Of a stretch of DNA of 64,000 bases, positions 27,215-41,660 are shown piece by piece (within the stretch, counting starts at the first letter, position 1; each line of letters opens with the position of its first letter). The notes beneath the pieces are model-generated. The model was not told where the DNA came from, ran no database searches, and saw only the letters and a program-made list of their open reading frames with translations. The stretch covers positions 8,308,001-8,372,000 of the forward strand of contig OX597829.1 of NCBI GenBank assembly GCA_951406725.2, written 5' to 3'. Source of the DNA: Octopus vulgaris (Eukaryota). Made by a program: the position numbers and the translations under genes.

Positions 27215-28665
27215 ATGTTTGACATTTATTTTGTATTTGTACAAGTTGACTCCAAGTCTCACCCAGAGACCTCAAGAAACAAGCTAGCAGTTCATGTTGG
27301 TGTTATGCCTAGGGTGTCATATATTTGGCCTTGTACATATTATTGTTCTAGAGAATGTTTAAGAAAACATAAGAAAAGTATGAGTTTGTTGTCATACCTG
27401 GGATTTCATAGACAGTACTTTACGTAGGATATGGGCAATTCCCATGAGCACTATCTTTTGAATTTCTACCATTTTTGGGGCTTCCTGGTATCTGAGCCAG
27501 GTAGCAATCAGCCCCTTTTGCTATCAATTCTAGGGCACCTATGACAACAGGTATTGTTTTAATCTTCAGGTTCCACATTTTGCCAATTTCTATTTCAAGG
27601 TCTTTATACTTGCTCAGTTTTTGGTATGTCTTGATAGATACATCTATGTCGATTGGGACAGTCATATGAATGAGGAAGCATGATTTCAATATAATGTCTG
27701 GCCTATTCGCGTCTATCTTTCTCTCAGTTTGAATGGTGAAGTTCCAGAGGAGTGAGATGTGGTCATTTTCAAGCACTGGAAGTAGTTTGTGTTCCCACCA
27801 GTTGTTATCATTGGGCAGGTCTAAGTTTTTGCAAATTACCCAGTGAATATATTGTGCTGCTCTATCATGCCTGTTGAAATACTCTGTAGGCACAAGAAGA
27901 CTGCACATGGAGACAACATGATCAATGGTTTCATTTTGTTTTTGACATACACAATATGTTGGGCTACTGCCGTTCTTTAATATGTTGGCCTGGTAGTTTC
28001 ATGTAGGTAGGCATAGATCTTGGGCTGCTATGATAAACCCTTCTATTTCTGATTTTAAACCTGAATACACGTATTATTGACGAGTGTGGGCTTTGTCAAC
28101 ATCGGCATTATTAAATCTCTTTAGGTATTTGCTATTGAGAGATTTTTCTTGCCATTTATCAGTCAGAATATCTAAGGCAGCAGTTTTAGCACGGGTTTTC
28201 ATGTGATTAGCTTTTTCTGCGCTTGTTTCTTGTATGCCTAATTCCGGAATTTGTTGTATTTGGTATTCATTATATATTCCTTTGCCTGTTTTGTTACTGA
28301 GTATGATGCTTTCTTGTTTTCATGTTTTGAGACAAGTTTTAACATCCAGTCCTTAGAGCTTTTCAGGTAGGTGTCTAGGCCATTCGTAGCAATCTTCATT
28401 GTTAATTCCAGTTGTAAAAAGTCCACGGCCTCCCGCTTAGGGTGGTGCATTCTATGCATTGTCAACAGTTTCCTTATTTTTCTGTCAAGATTACATATTT
28501 TAGTAATAATTGACCAGTTAATGATATTGAGACTGCAAGACACGATCGGTATGGCTAAAGCATTGATCGCTTCGATATTGTTTCTTGTAGTCAGCTCTGT
28601 CTTGAGTATTGCTCTTACTCTGCGATAACATACTCTTCTGATCCTTTCCTTCATCATCGAATATT
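27215..28665 (-). mobile_element. 5'-truncated, decayed R4/Dong-clade LINE (post-RT region, CCHC knuckle, RLE) ending in TAA repeats
   Basis: ORFs 28238-28657 (RKIRKLLTMHRMHHPK) and 27420-27908 (RHD..IHW..C, RPDII, KLSKYKDL, IPVVIGAL); CQKQNETIDHVVSMC knuckle; frameshifts present. Confidence 0.85.
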
Positions 28666-28765
28666 TGATTATTCTTCTTCTTCTTCTTCTTCTTCTTCTT
28701 CTTCTTCTTCTTCTTCTTCTTCTTCTTCTTCTTCTTCTTCTTCTTCTTCTTCTTCTTCTTCTTCT

Positions 28766-28797
<32 letters not shown>

Positions 28798-28819
28798 CTC
28801 TTCTTACTATTATTATTAT

Positions 28820-29015
28820 TGGCGAGCCGGCAGAATCGTTAGCACGCCAAGGGAAAATGCTTAGCGTCTATACGTTCTGAGTTCAAATTCCTTCGAGGTT
28901 CTGTTTGCCTTTCATTCCTTTCAGGGTGAATAGAATGAGTACCAGTCGAATATTGGCGTCTATGCAATCGACTTACCTTCTACCCGAAATTTCTGGCCTC
29001 GTGCCAATTTGAAAT
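28820..29015 (+). mobile_element. SINE family B, diverged
   Basis: Similar to 26987-27200. Confidence 0.75.
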
Positions 29016-29184
29016 TAATTTTGCCGTTGCTCATTTTATACCGTGAGTCAAACTTTCAGCAGGCCTAAACTGGCAATCGTATCCCAGTATGAAATTAATT
29101 TACGTTACTTCTACATCTAGCATCTCCAAGTACCACGATAACATATTTATTTATTCTTTTTACAAAACGATAAACGTCGCCCTT

Positions 29185-29483
29185 TTCAAGCCTAGCCAGC
29201 CTCATGGGCCCGGTTTCCAGGTTTCTGTAGCGTGTGTCTTCCCCCCAGCTGGACGGGACGCCAGTCCATCGCAGCGTTACTCAAGAAACAGGAAATGAGA
29301 GTGAGAGAAAGTTGTGGAAAAAGAGTACAACAGGGATCGCCATCAGGAGTATAACAGGGGAGTCTTGTGGAGCTTTTAGGTGTTTTTGCTCAATAAACGC
29401 ACACAAAGCCCGGTCTGGGAATCGAAACCGCGATCTTCAGACCGCGAGGCCACTGCCCTAACCACTGGGCCATTGCGCCTCCA
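29185..29483 (-). mobile_element. tRNA-derived SINE (family C type)
   Basis: Minus head GGAGGCGCAATGGCCCAGTGGTTAG..GGTTTCGATTCCC (A and B boxes); shares CTGCGATGGACTGGCGTCCCGTCCAG-like sequence with the next element. Confidence 0.8.
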
Positions 29484-29499
29484 ATAAAAATGTTCCTTA

Positions 29500-29740
29500 T
29501 CTTGCCATGCCAGGCTCATAAGGGCCGGTTTCCCGGTTTCAGTGGCGTAGAAATTCCCCCCACCTGGATGGGACGCCGGTCCGTCGCAGGATTACTCATT
29601 TTTGCCAGCTGAGTGGACTGGAGCAACGTGAAAATGAAGTGTTTTGCTCAAGAATACAATGCATCACCCGGTCCTGGAATCGAAACCACAACCTTACGAT
29701 CATGGCTTCAACACCTTAACCACTAAGCCACGCCCCTTCA
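29500..29740 (-). mobile_element. tRNA-derived SINE (family C type)
   Basis: Minus head GGCGTGGCTTAGTGGTTAAG..GGTTTCGATTCC, then TTCTTGAGCAAAACACTT..CACTCAGCTG. Confidence 0.8.
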
Positions 29741-30351
29741 CCTATTTTGATCCCCTTGTTATGGTTTCAGCCTCACTGCCAGTGCACTGGTTTCATAACT
29801 TCGGGTCGGCAAAGATTTGCGAGTGAAATTGGGTGAAAGAGAACCATTTGGATTGACTATATTAGATTTTTGTTATAGTAAACTTAAGGTATAATCAGCG
29901 CTCTCTGTAGTGGAGGCCATATTCAAGCTAATATTCTGACTATATCTCTAGTCCTATTCTAACAAATGTGCGAGAAGTCATACAAATGATCATCAACGCT
30001 GTTCTCCCCGCCCCCGTGACTAAGTAATAACTAAAGATTAGTTTGATAGAAGGATGACACACACAAACATTTAAACATAAACAGACAGATAGACAGACAG
30101 ATAGATAGATGTGTGGACAAACAGACAGATAGATAGACAGGTAGACAAACAAATTAATTGATAGACGGAAAGATTATACTGCAAATTCTTTTATGCTCTA
30201 AAACATGGTTTTAGCCAATGATGTATTGGCCTTCAAGTCGGTCCTACTTTCCAGTACAGCAAAATAGTACAATAACGGCCCATTATTAAATTAAATATTG
30301 ATTAACGTAAATTTCAGTCTTGATATTTATACATCAATTATTTACGTACAT

Positions 30352-30393
<42 letters not shown>

Positions 30394-30396
<3 letters not shown>

Positions 30397-30603
30397 CCAT
30401 GTTGATTCGTTAGCTACTGCACGCATTTTTTTTCTCTCCTTCTTTCTGTGTTTTTCTCTCTCTGTGTATCTTTCTGTTGAAGAGCGTAGGCTCGAAACGT
30501 TAAAGACTTGTTTTATTTATATTTCCTGAGCGCCATACTAATACAATTGTTCGTTTGTTTTCCACCTGCCTTCGTCTTTTGTTTATTTTCATAAAGTTTC
30601 CCG
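30394..30603 (+). mobile_element. Family H, copy 3
   Basis: TCTTT-CTGTTGAA-GAGCGTAGGCTC-GAAA-CG-TT-AAAGA at 30469-30506; (TA)n on both sides. Confidence 0.85.
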
Positions 30604-30642
<39 letters not shown>

Positions 30643-30650
<8 letters not shown>

Positions 30651-30895
30651 TATTAGAGACAAAACCACTATTTTGCAAAACAAACAAGGAAAGACTTAAT
30701 CAATACATAAAATTTTAATAAATAGACTATTTATTAAAATTTTATGTATTGATTAAGTCTTTCCTTGTTTGTTTTGCAAAATAGTGGTTTTGTCTCTAAT
30801 AATATTTTATAATATTTTACTATAAAATTGGATTTAATCCTAAATCTGATTTTTTCCCTGTAAATTTGGATTTATTCCCTAATATTTATTATTTA
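30643..30895 (+). mobile_element. Fold-back hairpin element, family P copy 2 (~83 bp arms, same tail)
   Basis: Palindrome centred near 30726 (AATAGACTATT); tail nearly identical to 9530-9612; (TA)n on both sides. Confidence 0.88.
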
Positions 30896-30954
<59 letters not shown>

Positions 30955-31183
30955 GAGTCAAGTCACATTCACCCACCTAACCGATCACACATACTTCCGT
31001 GATGCATGATAGAGTTCCATTTCAACGGAAGTCAAGCCCTCTCCATGCTGTAATGGATTGGGCTTCTAATTTTGTAAATATTTCACATGATTTTAAGAGT
31101 AGAATTCTACAAAAAACAGTACCGTGTGCATATGTGCGTATGTGTGACTATGTGTAAGTGTGAGCATGTGTGAGTATGTGTGT

Positions 31184-31228
<45 letters not shown>

Positions 31229-32158
31229 AAGAGAGAGGTAGCAATTAGCTGAACTAATCTTCAGACGATGCGTTGCGATATTTACCCCGGCTCCCTGTGT
31301 TCAGCGTTCAAAACACTTCGAGGTCAACTCTGTTTTTTATTCCTTCGTCCTTCGGAGTCGACACTAGTCCAGTGCTAGGGCTGTTCCTTCTCCCTCTAGC
31401 TGTCATATCCTGGATGATACACTGGGTCACTAGTGAGTGGGTTAAAATCATTTCTGTGTTCATGATTACGTGGGTAATTAAAGCATTACTAAAAGCTTGG
31501 TGCTTCCTGATATCAAACCATCCTGACCATAACCTCAAGTAAATACGAATTGGTATACGGAAATTGTTTAGGAGCACATTCAGTGAACTGCATCAACAAT
31601 TCAAAATATCAAAGTACACATTTAAAGTACACAATTCCGTGTAACATCCAGTCACTTACACGTCAAATATCGTATGTAGTTAAATTGCCAAAGACGAAGC
31701 TTCGAAACCGACAGAGATCCAGTTCTTACCTTTACATGAACATACACGTACATTACATATACACACAAACAAACGTTTATAGACAAACACTTACACACAA
31801 ACACGCGCTTGTGTGTAAGTGTTTGTTATGCATGTATACGTAGCTGCAGTATCCCCCCCTCTCTCTCTGTATGTATATATATGTATGTATAAAATTAAAT
31901 AAATGACAAGAGAATAAGAATTGCATAATCAACTTTAGCTTATAGACAGTTGTTTCTGCTATAATATTCAGTGCACGCAGAGCAGAGTACATTGCATATT
32001 ATAGTAAGCTAATGACGTTGATTACATAATTATTGTTAAATTCTCATTTATTTGATTTCATATTACATTCCGTACTCAACTGACGTTCTATTCTGGTGCA
32101 AATAAATATTGAGTTATAACACGCAGTTATCCGTATCGCTTTGCAGAGGGAATATTTC

Positions 32159-32206
<48 letters not shown>

Positions 32207-32211
32207 TTCTT

Positions 32212-32254
<43 letters not shown>

Positions 32255-32258
<4 letters not shown>

Positions 32259-32443
32259 GGAAAGTTTACGAAAAAAACAAAAGACGAAGACAGGAGGTGT
32301 ACAAAACAAATAGATGTATTAGTATAACGCTCAGGAATAGAAAAAGTCTTTTACGTTTCGAGCCTACGCACTTCTACAGAAAGCGACACAGAAAAAACAA
32401 GGAGAGAAAAAATGTGTGTAGTGGCTAACGATCTATCATGGCT
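32255..32443 (-). mobile_element. Family H, copy 4
   Basis: Minus CTTT-CTGTAGAA-GTGCGTAGGCTC-GAAA-CG-TA-AAAG; (TA)n on both sides. Confidence 0.85.
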
Positions 32444-32444
32444 A

Positions 32445-32491
<47 letters not shown>

Positions 32492-33094
32492 TCACTTATT
32501 CAGTTTCTTTAGTTCGTTTTGATATGTGGTTTGTGTGTGATGATTATGTGTGAGACATTTTTCAACGTATGAAACTATTAGTAGCACTTAAAGAAAGACA
32601 TGTATTGTGTCCTTTAAATTATATATAATATATTATAATATATTATATATGTGTGTGTGTGTGTATTCACGTACACACAGCCACACACACACATATATAT
32701 ACATGCATGCACATTGACTGTCACAAGCCCGTACACGCTCGCAAGCGCGAGCGCGCGCACACACACTCACACATTTATACCGGCTATTCAGGCAGCCACC
32801 CGCATAAGACCACACAAAACTCTCATATTAAGAGCCAAAGGTTAAAACTAGATTGAAGATTAAACATTTTCACTTGCGGCGTCAATGAATTTATTACTAT
32901 ATTAAACATTATTTTGATAGGAAGTTGATAAACTCTGTCTGTGGCTTGAGGCTTAGAAATTATTATCAGAATTTTTATTTTTTCTTATTTAATAATCAGT
33001 TGAGTGATATGTCAAGAGTTTCCTTTCTTGTATTGAAAAGGAAATTGGTGCATTTGAAGGAAAACGATACATAAAATTACATACGTTGCATGCA

Positions 33095-33858
33095 TGCACA
33101 CATACATACGAACTTATATACATACACACACACACATAATACATACACACATAATACATACACACATTCATCCATACATACATACATACACGCACATACA
33201 TGCATACATACACTTACATACATACACACATACACACATACATACATACATACATAGATACATACATTCACATACATACACACATACATACATACACGCA
33301 TACATACATACACATACATACATACACACATACATACACACATATATACATACACACATACATATACAGATACATACACATACAGATACATACATACACA
33401 CACATACATAAATACATACATACATACACACTTATATACATACATACACACATACATATACAGATACGTACACATACAGATACATACATACAGATACATA
33501 CATACATACATACATACATGCATACATACATAAATACATACATACATACATACATACATACATACATGCATACATACATACATACATACATGCATACATA
33601 CATACATACATACATACATACATACATACATACATACATACATACATACATACATACATACATACATACATACATACATACATACATACATACATACATA
33701 CATACATACATACATACATACATACATACATACATACATACATACATACATACATACATACATACATGCATACATACATACATACATACATACATACATA
33801 CATACATACATACATACATACATACATACATACATACATACATACATACATACATACA
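33095..33858. repeat. Long (CATA)n microsatellite
   Basis: Directly visible. Confidence 0.97.
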
Positions 33859-34861
33859 AGTACATTCTCAACTAACACAGAATTTCTCAACACAATTTTT
33901 AGTTCCCAGTTTTTCAGTTTTCTGGGATGTTTCTATGTCTGCACTTATTGGTAATTTGTCAATGTCCGAATGGAAATCATTTTGTATCACTTTTATCGCA
34001 CAAATTACAAACGATATGATGACATGTTCCATAACCATCATAATGTTTTCGATTCATAGATAGAAAAATAATCATAAAACTTCATATTGCTCTAATTTTT
34101 TTGTGTGTAGAATATATATATATATATATACACACACATACATATATAGATTTATTAGAAATCTATCAATGTTTTAACAGAAAACGGTGGTTCAGCATAA
34201 TTCTAGTGTTAGCAATTTTCAATGTTACGAAGGACACGATTCTATTCTATATATATATATAATGTATTTCGTACGCGCGCGCGTATACACACACACACAC
34301 ACACACACACTGACATCAGTTTCTTCTCTATATCACCTTATATCATTAGAGGTGTTTTCATGGTTATATATATATATATAAACCTACATGACACATGTGA
34401 GGTTTATTAAAATGTTTAAACTTGTTCTCAACGGAAATAATAATAACATAACAACCTGTCAATAATGTGGATTAAAAAATATGTCTAGCATATGAATTTA
34501 AACAAATTACAGAATATCGGTACGCTTGGAAAACCGTGAAGTCTAAGTTGCATGAGGATCGGTCAAAACCATATTCTAAAAATTCAACTTGCGGTGTTCT
34601 TAGAGGTACTCCAGTTGTCGAGAACTCAACTGTCAGTTAAACACATTTAAAATCTGATGATTACTACGAACGTATGAAAGCGCTAATTTAATTTTATGAG
34701 CATTACAAAAAATATCTTTAAATGTTAAAACACTGTAATACAAAACGTGAAAACCAGACCATGTTTTAGCTTTATTCAACTGATGTATTATTCTATACAT
34801 ATTCACACAAACGAAACTATATATATATGTATAAATATGTATATATGTATGTATATATATG

Positions 34862-34936
<75 letters not shown>

Positions 34937-35526
34937 GCATACTTTTTGTTGTTTCTGCCACTGGAATATAGATAACGGGACTTACGACATGTAAAAAGCA
35001 CACGTAGCGTACATCCTTAGAGTCTTTTAGATTCTGTAGGAACTCTTCCAATAAAAGTACACTGTATATTTCCTGTATTTATAATTAATTGTTTAGTTAT
35101 CCAATCTGTTGGTATATATATTTGGCAAAATATGGGTCACAATTGGCTATTTTGATTGTATAGTTTACTTTTCCGTAGATATATGGTGAGGTGAATTCTT
35201 CTTCAATGCAGGAAATATAAACATTATACATTACCGTCATCACTTGTAATTAAGTTTATTAATTTATAAATTTGTTTTCGTTGTTGGATATATTAGTTTT
35301 AAACCATGATTACAAACGTATCATTGTCGCATTGAATGAGTCGAAGGGTATGGGAACTTTACTCATCCAAACATACAAGGAATTCATGCAAAATAAACAT
35401 GGAAAAATAACTAATTATTTAATAAAATTAAAAGAAAGCCAGTCGTGCTTTCAATATGTTCGAAAGAAATGCCGTCTCCGGCCATATAGAATCCACCACT
35501 GGGTGAGTAGATATCATGCTCTAAAG

Positions 35527-35680
35527 CAGAGGTTCCCAAAGTGGGCGGTACTGCCCCCGCCCCTACTAGGTACAGTGGAAAAATCCTGGTGTGTGTGTGT
35601 GGTGTGGTGTGTTGAAGAAAAGTGGGGGTGATAATGGGGTGCCCAAAGGGGTGGCACCTAGAACAGTTTTGGAACCACTA
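35527..35680. mobile_element. hAT (Charlie-like) MITE
   Basis: TIRs CAGAGGTTCCCAAA / TTTTGGAACCACTA; 8 bp TSD CTCTAAAG / CTCAAAAG. Confidence 0.7.
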
Positions 35681-35823
35681 CTCAAAAGGTACCAAAAGGA
35701 CAAATAGCAATCTGTTTTTTATCATGACATTGCTGAACACCTGGTTTAACATATTTCTTTTCAAATCTATGTGTATGTATGTCTATATATATATACGCAC
35801 ATATGCATATATATGCATATATA

Positions 35824-35875
<52 letters not shown>

Positions 35876-35879
<4 letters not shown>

Positions 35880-36149
35880 ACAATAATTAAGGGTTTAGCA
35901 ACAAGTTGCTTAAGCACATACAGAAAAATTTAGAAATAGTTATATATAACTATCGGAATATTATGTTGATAAGGAAATGAATTTTATAATTCTAATCCAG
36001 AAACGCGTCCATAGTTAACCGAAGACTGTTTGATTTCATTATTTTCCTTCTTTTTTTGTCTGTGTGAGTTACAGAGAGGATTATCTATGGAGTCATATTT
36101 TGTAGCGAACAGAAATAACGGTCTTTTGGCTGCTATTTCTAAATTTTTT

Positions 36150-36153
<4 letters not shown>
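35876..36153 (+). mobile_element. Family Q-related element with decayed hammerhead
   Basis: TAATCCAGAAACGCGT shared with 13874-13889; stem I TATG/CATA, core decayed to TTGATAA; inverted AAATTTAGAAATAG / CTATTTCTAAATTT; (TA)n flanks. Confidence 0.7.
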
Positions 36154-36195
<42 letters not shown>

Positions 36196-36229
36196 CATAC
36201 ATACATACATACATACATACATACATACA

Positions 36230-36310
<81 letters not shown>

Positions 36311-36465
36311 GCATATATACATATATACATATATATGTATGTATATCTATATGTACATATACACTGACATGACAGAAGTAAATAGACAACCTTATTATCA
36401 TTAAAATTTATTTCAATCTGAAAGTATACATTCAAATTATTTATTCGTTGTTATAACGTGAATAT

Positions 36466-37010
36466 TTAATATTTGGTAGACATGCCCTTTGCATTTTTCA
36501 ATGCAAGGACCCTATTAGGCATGCTACTGTTCTGAAGTCGAATATTCTCTTGAGGAATTTCTTGCCAAGTTTCATGCAGTGATCTCAAAAGACTTGGCAT
36601 TGAAGATGCTTTCTTGTTCTTTCTATGAAGTGTCCTGTCCATTATGTCCCAGAGGTGATCAATAAGGTTCAAATCTGGTGACTGGATTGGCCATGGAAGC
36701 TTTTTAATGTCATTCTCAACCAACAAATCTTGAGTCATTTTAACCGTGTGACAAGGAACCCCATCTTCCATAAATAAAGAGTCTTCTTTAACCATTTCAC
36801 TACTGGAGAAGATTGGAAGGGGTACTTTCTGTAATAAGGACACATATTTATCTGGGTTTATGTTTCCCTCACACTCCACCAGCTCCAAATTGCTCCTCAG
36901 ACCATCACAAAATAGTTGCCGTGTTTCATTGTTGGTTTCAATCTTTCCATATCAAATTCTTGATCACAGAGTCTCCAGACTCCAGAATTTGCGTAGGTGT
37001 TATTCTAAAC
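36466..37010 (-). mobile_element. Tc1-like transposase pseudogene (DDE region)
   Basis: VWR..PTMKHGNYFVMV*GA upstream; FMEDGVPCHT, WPIQSPDLNLIDHLW, SMPNRVLAL..AKGMSTKY. Confidence 0.88.
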
Positions 37011-37109
37011 AGCATTAGTGATAAATTTAGGAAGGAGAAGGGAGAAGAAGAAGAAGAAGAAAAAGAAGAAGAAGAAGAAGAAGAAGAAGAAGAAGAAAAA
37101 AGAAAAAGA

Positions 37110-37650
37110 AAGAGAAGGAAAAATAAGAAGGAATATAGGTTGTGTGAAAGTAGTAAGGTGTTAAATGACTTAAAATTGGCACCTAGTGGATTCTAGCAGT
37201 GATTGGGACAGTTTTTTAATGAATTCTGGGGAATCTCTCGAGTGTATCATTTTTAATATTTGCGTGTGTATTTGTGTTATTCGAAGGCCGAGGTGGATAT
37301 GTCGTTTGTCGTAGACGCGTTCAGAAGGGGCTGTATTTTGCAATAAAGAGAGTTTCTTTACTAATTCGTTGGCTCTAGGATGTATTGGTAGAGGGGAAAT
37401 GTCGATGTGTTGGCTGAATGCTATTTTTCTGTTTTGAGGAATTTTTATCTGGGATCTGTGCAGGGCCATTCGTTTACGTAAACTATTTTTTGTTTGGCCT
37501 ATGTATTGCTCTTGACACCCAGAGCAGGTTAGTGCGTATATCAGGTTCTCCGAAGTACATGTGAATTTGCTTTCCACTGTGAAACGTTGTCCCTGTTTGA
37601 AGGAGAACTCTGATCCCTCAATTAGATGATCGCATATCCCACAATTGGGA
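37110..37650 (-). mobile_element. Penelope-like (Neptune-type) element 3' fragment with GIY-YIG endonuclease
   Basis: CGIC..FTCTSENLIYALTCSGCQEQYIGQTKNSLRKRMALHRSQI, then frameshifted FP.YQ..QRISKETLFIAKYSP.LN; 5' end abuts a (TA)n-rich tract. Confidence 0.88.
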
Positions 37651-37714
37651 TATATACATATATACATAAATACATGTATACATACATACATTTAAATATA
37701 CCTATATTTATATA

Positions 37715-37823
<109 letters not shown>

Positions 37824-38692
37824 GTATTTATGTATGTATGATTATCTATATATCCGTAATATAATACAATTCAGTGTAGTGTAGAAGAGCAGTGCACAGT
37901 TAACAATTCTTGCAGTTATTTTCTTTCTGTTTGTCTTACAACACATGGAAATCATTTGTTGTTGTGATTGTTCTTTGCTTTCATTATGTCTCACCTTTCA
38001 TATCTTCCCAAACCAACCACACCTACTGTACCCACCACCCTAGTTTATACTTTCTCCACCCCACCCACCACTCATCAAGACACTCCACTTGAACCCTCTT
38101 GTCACCTTGCTGATGTATTTATGTGAGATTTGATCATGTACCCCATGTTAAGATCGAACGTACAAGATAATACATATTACATTAGATAAGGAAGTAACGA
38201 CCAGCACCACCATGGCCGCCACCACTGCCACCACCACCACCACCACCACCACCACTACTACCTCCGCCGCCGCCGCCGCCGCTATCCCTACCGTCACCAC
38301 CACCACAACGTCGCCGCCGCTACCACCCCGACCACGACGACCACCATTGCCATCACCATCACCATCATCATCGTCACCATAGCTGCCCCTACCACCAACT
38401 GTCACAATCACAATCACTACGATCCAACAAGTAAGACACTGGATGGTCGCTGCTGTATTTATTGAAAATATATTTCCAGTGAAATCCCAAATGCCAGTCT
38501 CTTGTTGACTCGTAGAGGAGAGAGAGGAGAGGACATTGAAACAATTCAGTCGCACGTAGCCTTTGGAAAGGAATATTGTTAATGCCTGAAAGACATCTTG
38601 ATATCTCGCCTGAAAGATCAGCTTGACCTCGGGCTAAACAACAGCAACTGCAGCTGCAGCTGCTACTGTTGCTGTTGCCATCATCATCACCG

Positions 38693-38761
<69 letters not shown>

Positions 38762-39466
38762 TTACAAAATAAAAAAAATTTAAAAAGTATTATCATTATT
38801 AATGTTATTGTGAATAATAATGATATTAATTGAGATAATTTTGCAAATGTGCGTGATGAGTGATTTCAAGGCAAATACTGTCACGACACTTGTCCTTTGA
38901 TACGAAGTTTAAATATCTCGTGTACAGATTAGACAGTAAAAAAAGAAAAAGAGACAAAAGAATAAAAAACACTGATAAGATGAAACTGATAATGTTAATG
39001 ATGACGACAATTATTTGTTTTAGTATTGGATAATTAAAGAATATTTAAAGATTAAATACTTAGTAATTGGCAGAATGTTCTCATATGTTCCGTTTCTACA
39101 TAGAAATTTAGCAAAATAAGTTTTAAAAAATTTGGATGGATTCCATACTCAGATACACAAGAAATGTGTGAGTGTGTGTACGTGTATCTTTGTGTGCGCG
39201 CGAGTGTGCGTGTGTGTGTGTCCCTGTGTGTGTAAGAATTTTATAAATTTGGATTGAACGTGAGATAATTCTTTTTCCAAATATTGGTTCTCAAAGCACA
39301 CGACATAAAGCTATAAACAATAGGATGTTAACGTTGAGTTGAGAAACCCTCTTGGATAAAAAGATAGGCAAGGCAATCTTCGACTTTTTCAACCCAGTAT
39401 TTTAAACATGCTATTGTCAATAGCTTTATATGATGAGCTCAAGAGCCCATATTCCGACACACATGC

Positions 39467-39525
<59 letters not shown>

Positions 39526-40239
39526 AGTATACATATACATATATACATATACATCTCACTTCTCTATGGTTTCTAAGTGTTTTAACACCAAGCGCATTGA
39601 TGGGAATATATTCGCTTACTTTCATAAGTGCAGTCTACCCACGAACTAGTAAAACACATACCTTTTATACGTGTGTTCGATATTGTTTACACACAATCAC
39701 ACACACACACACACATAGTCTCTCGAAGTACATCACTTCTTCTTTCTCTTCTTTTTCTTCTTCTTCTCTCCCCCTACTTCTCCTCCTACTCCTCCTTTCC
39801 GCGCCATTTCAGTCTCTACCGTTGTCTACCTATCTTTCACCATTATTCTATCTACACTTGCCCACCACTCTTTCATAGTCACAACCATCGAAATCACGGA
39901 CATCCCCATATGACTAATTTCTACATACGCACACGATTATCATTACCACCACCACCACCACCACTGCCAACATCACACCACCACTTCCTCTTTTTACGAA
40001 CTCCACCAACATCAGGGCCGCTAACAATATTTTCAAAATAAAAAAAAAACAAAGAAAACGTCTTTACACGGTCACTCCACCTGACTTGATGTTCAAGTCA
40101 TACTCAACCATCTAAATATGGAGCGGAGGAACACGCCACAAAATAAAGTTCCCGAGTAGAAAACATGATTGTCACGGCAAAAAGGCATTTGCTCTTATTC
40201 AATGTAACCTTACATGTAATGTCCTTTTTGTTCCACCCG

Positions 40240-40595
40240 CCCCCCGCCTTAGCGATGGTATTGTTTTTCAGTCATGTTTGACCGTGGACAAGATATCTCG
40301 AGAACCGCTCAATGGATTCGGATGAAACTTTCAGAGATGTTTGGCCCCGTGATTGGCACGAACTAATTAGATTTGGGGATCGATCGAATACCGGGCAAGG
40401 AATCTGGATTATTTTTCCAGTTATTTTTTTTTTACTTAATTTTTGAGAGCGGTCGGGTTCATTTTTAGTATTCTCATTTGTGAGAGCAGTCGAGTTTATT
40501 TCAGATATTCTCATTTTAAAAATCATCTCTGGCTAATCGTTGAGAGGACGTTGGTGCTGCCTTGGGGAGGTTTGTGATCTCTGAGTGCTCTTGTT
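40240..40595 (+). mobile_element. Helentron/HINE-like non-autonomous element
   Basis: Start CCCCGCC..GGTATTGTTTT; body GATATCTC..TGGATTCGGATGAAACTTT; end GCCTTGGGGAGG..CTCTGAGTGCTCTTGTT. Recognised by recalled similarity only. Confidence 0.5.
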
Positions 40596-41660
40596 TTATT
40601 TTTATTGAGATTGCTGCATTTTCTAGGTATTCCAGTTTCCAAATCGGCTGGATGGTCACAAGGTCATAATAGTGTTTGCAGTGTTTTCATTCATATTTTG
40701 CTTCGACATAGATCACATAGTTGTTAGGAATAGCCACTGCGAAAGCAAAATCACTACGAAAGGAAAACCTGATGCTTAACTTCACTTTCAGAGCTTCGGT
40801 GGCATCTAAATTACAGACAGCTGAGACGATGTTGGTTCGTATCTTGTCATTAGCAACTGCATCGAGGCTTGACTCCCAAATAATCCAGTCTAGTTAACTG
40901 AAAATTGGCAGCACATATTTAGAACGGCTTAACATTATAGACACTGTAAAAATAACGTTTATTTCAATAGCCTGGAGTATTAATTTAGAATTATCTACAA
41001 AACTCAACATACGGTGAGCCGAGGTGAACAACACCGGATGGACTCTCTAAATTTTTGGACCGTCTTTCCTGTCACTTACTTAAATGGACGATTTAATTGT
41101 TTAGCTAGCCCTGGAAAAGCTTTGGCTTTGTGACTAAGTTAGAGGCTTTTGCAACACACGCAATACATATATAAAAGTATATATCGTAATATTTTTACTG
41201 ATGGCATTTCTGTGTCCTGTAATGCACCTCTTGGATGATTTTTGTATATTTATTATAGAATACACCTCCGTATATCAGCTGTTCTAGGTTGCTCTTACGT
41301 AAGCCGGTAGATAAGTATAATGTTAAAAAAAAAGATTTGACTACTGATATAAATAGATTTAGTATAATACTGATATAAATTCATTTTGATATACGCAAAT
41401 ACAGATGTATATGCCCACATTAATATTCACACTCAGATACATAGGGTAGGGGTGTTATTTTTGGTATGGAAAGTTAACTGCCTCACACTCACTATTACTT
41501 TCAGTTCACTTAGGAATATATGCACAAACATAATCATACACACGCAAGAATAGAAATGTATGTATATATATCTATATCTATGTCTCTCTCACTCACTCAC
41601 TCTCTCTCTCTCTCTCTCTCTCTTTCTACATATACATATATATATATATGTTTATATAAA

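Noticed and set aside
29400-29483. tRNA genes at SINE heads (also 60200-60277)
   Set aside because: They continue into SINE bodies and lack a proper acceptor stem.
30953-31075. Possible mariner C-terminal remnant
   Set aside because: Similarity too short and degenerate to support.
38389-38640. Non-repetitive peptide between trinucleotide repeats, possible exon
   Set aside because: No recognisable domain and no convincing splice donor.
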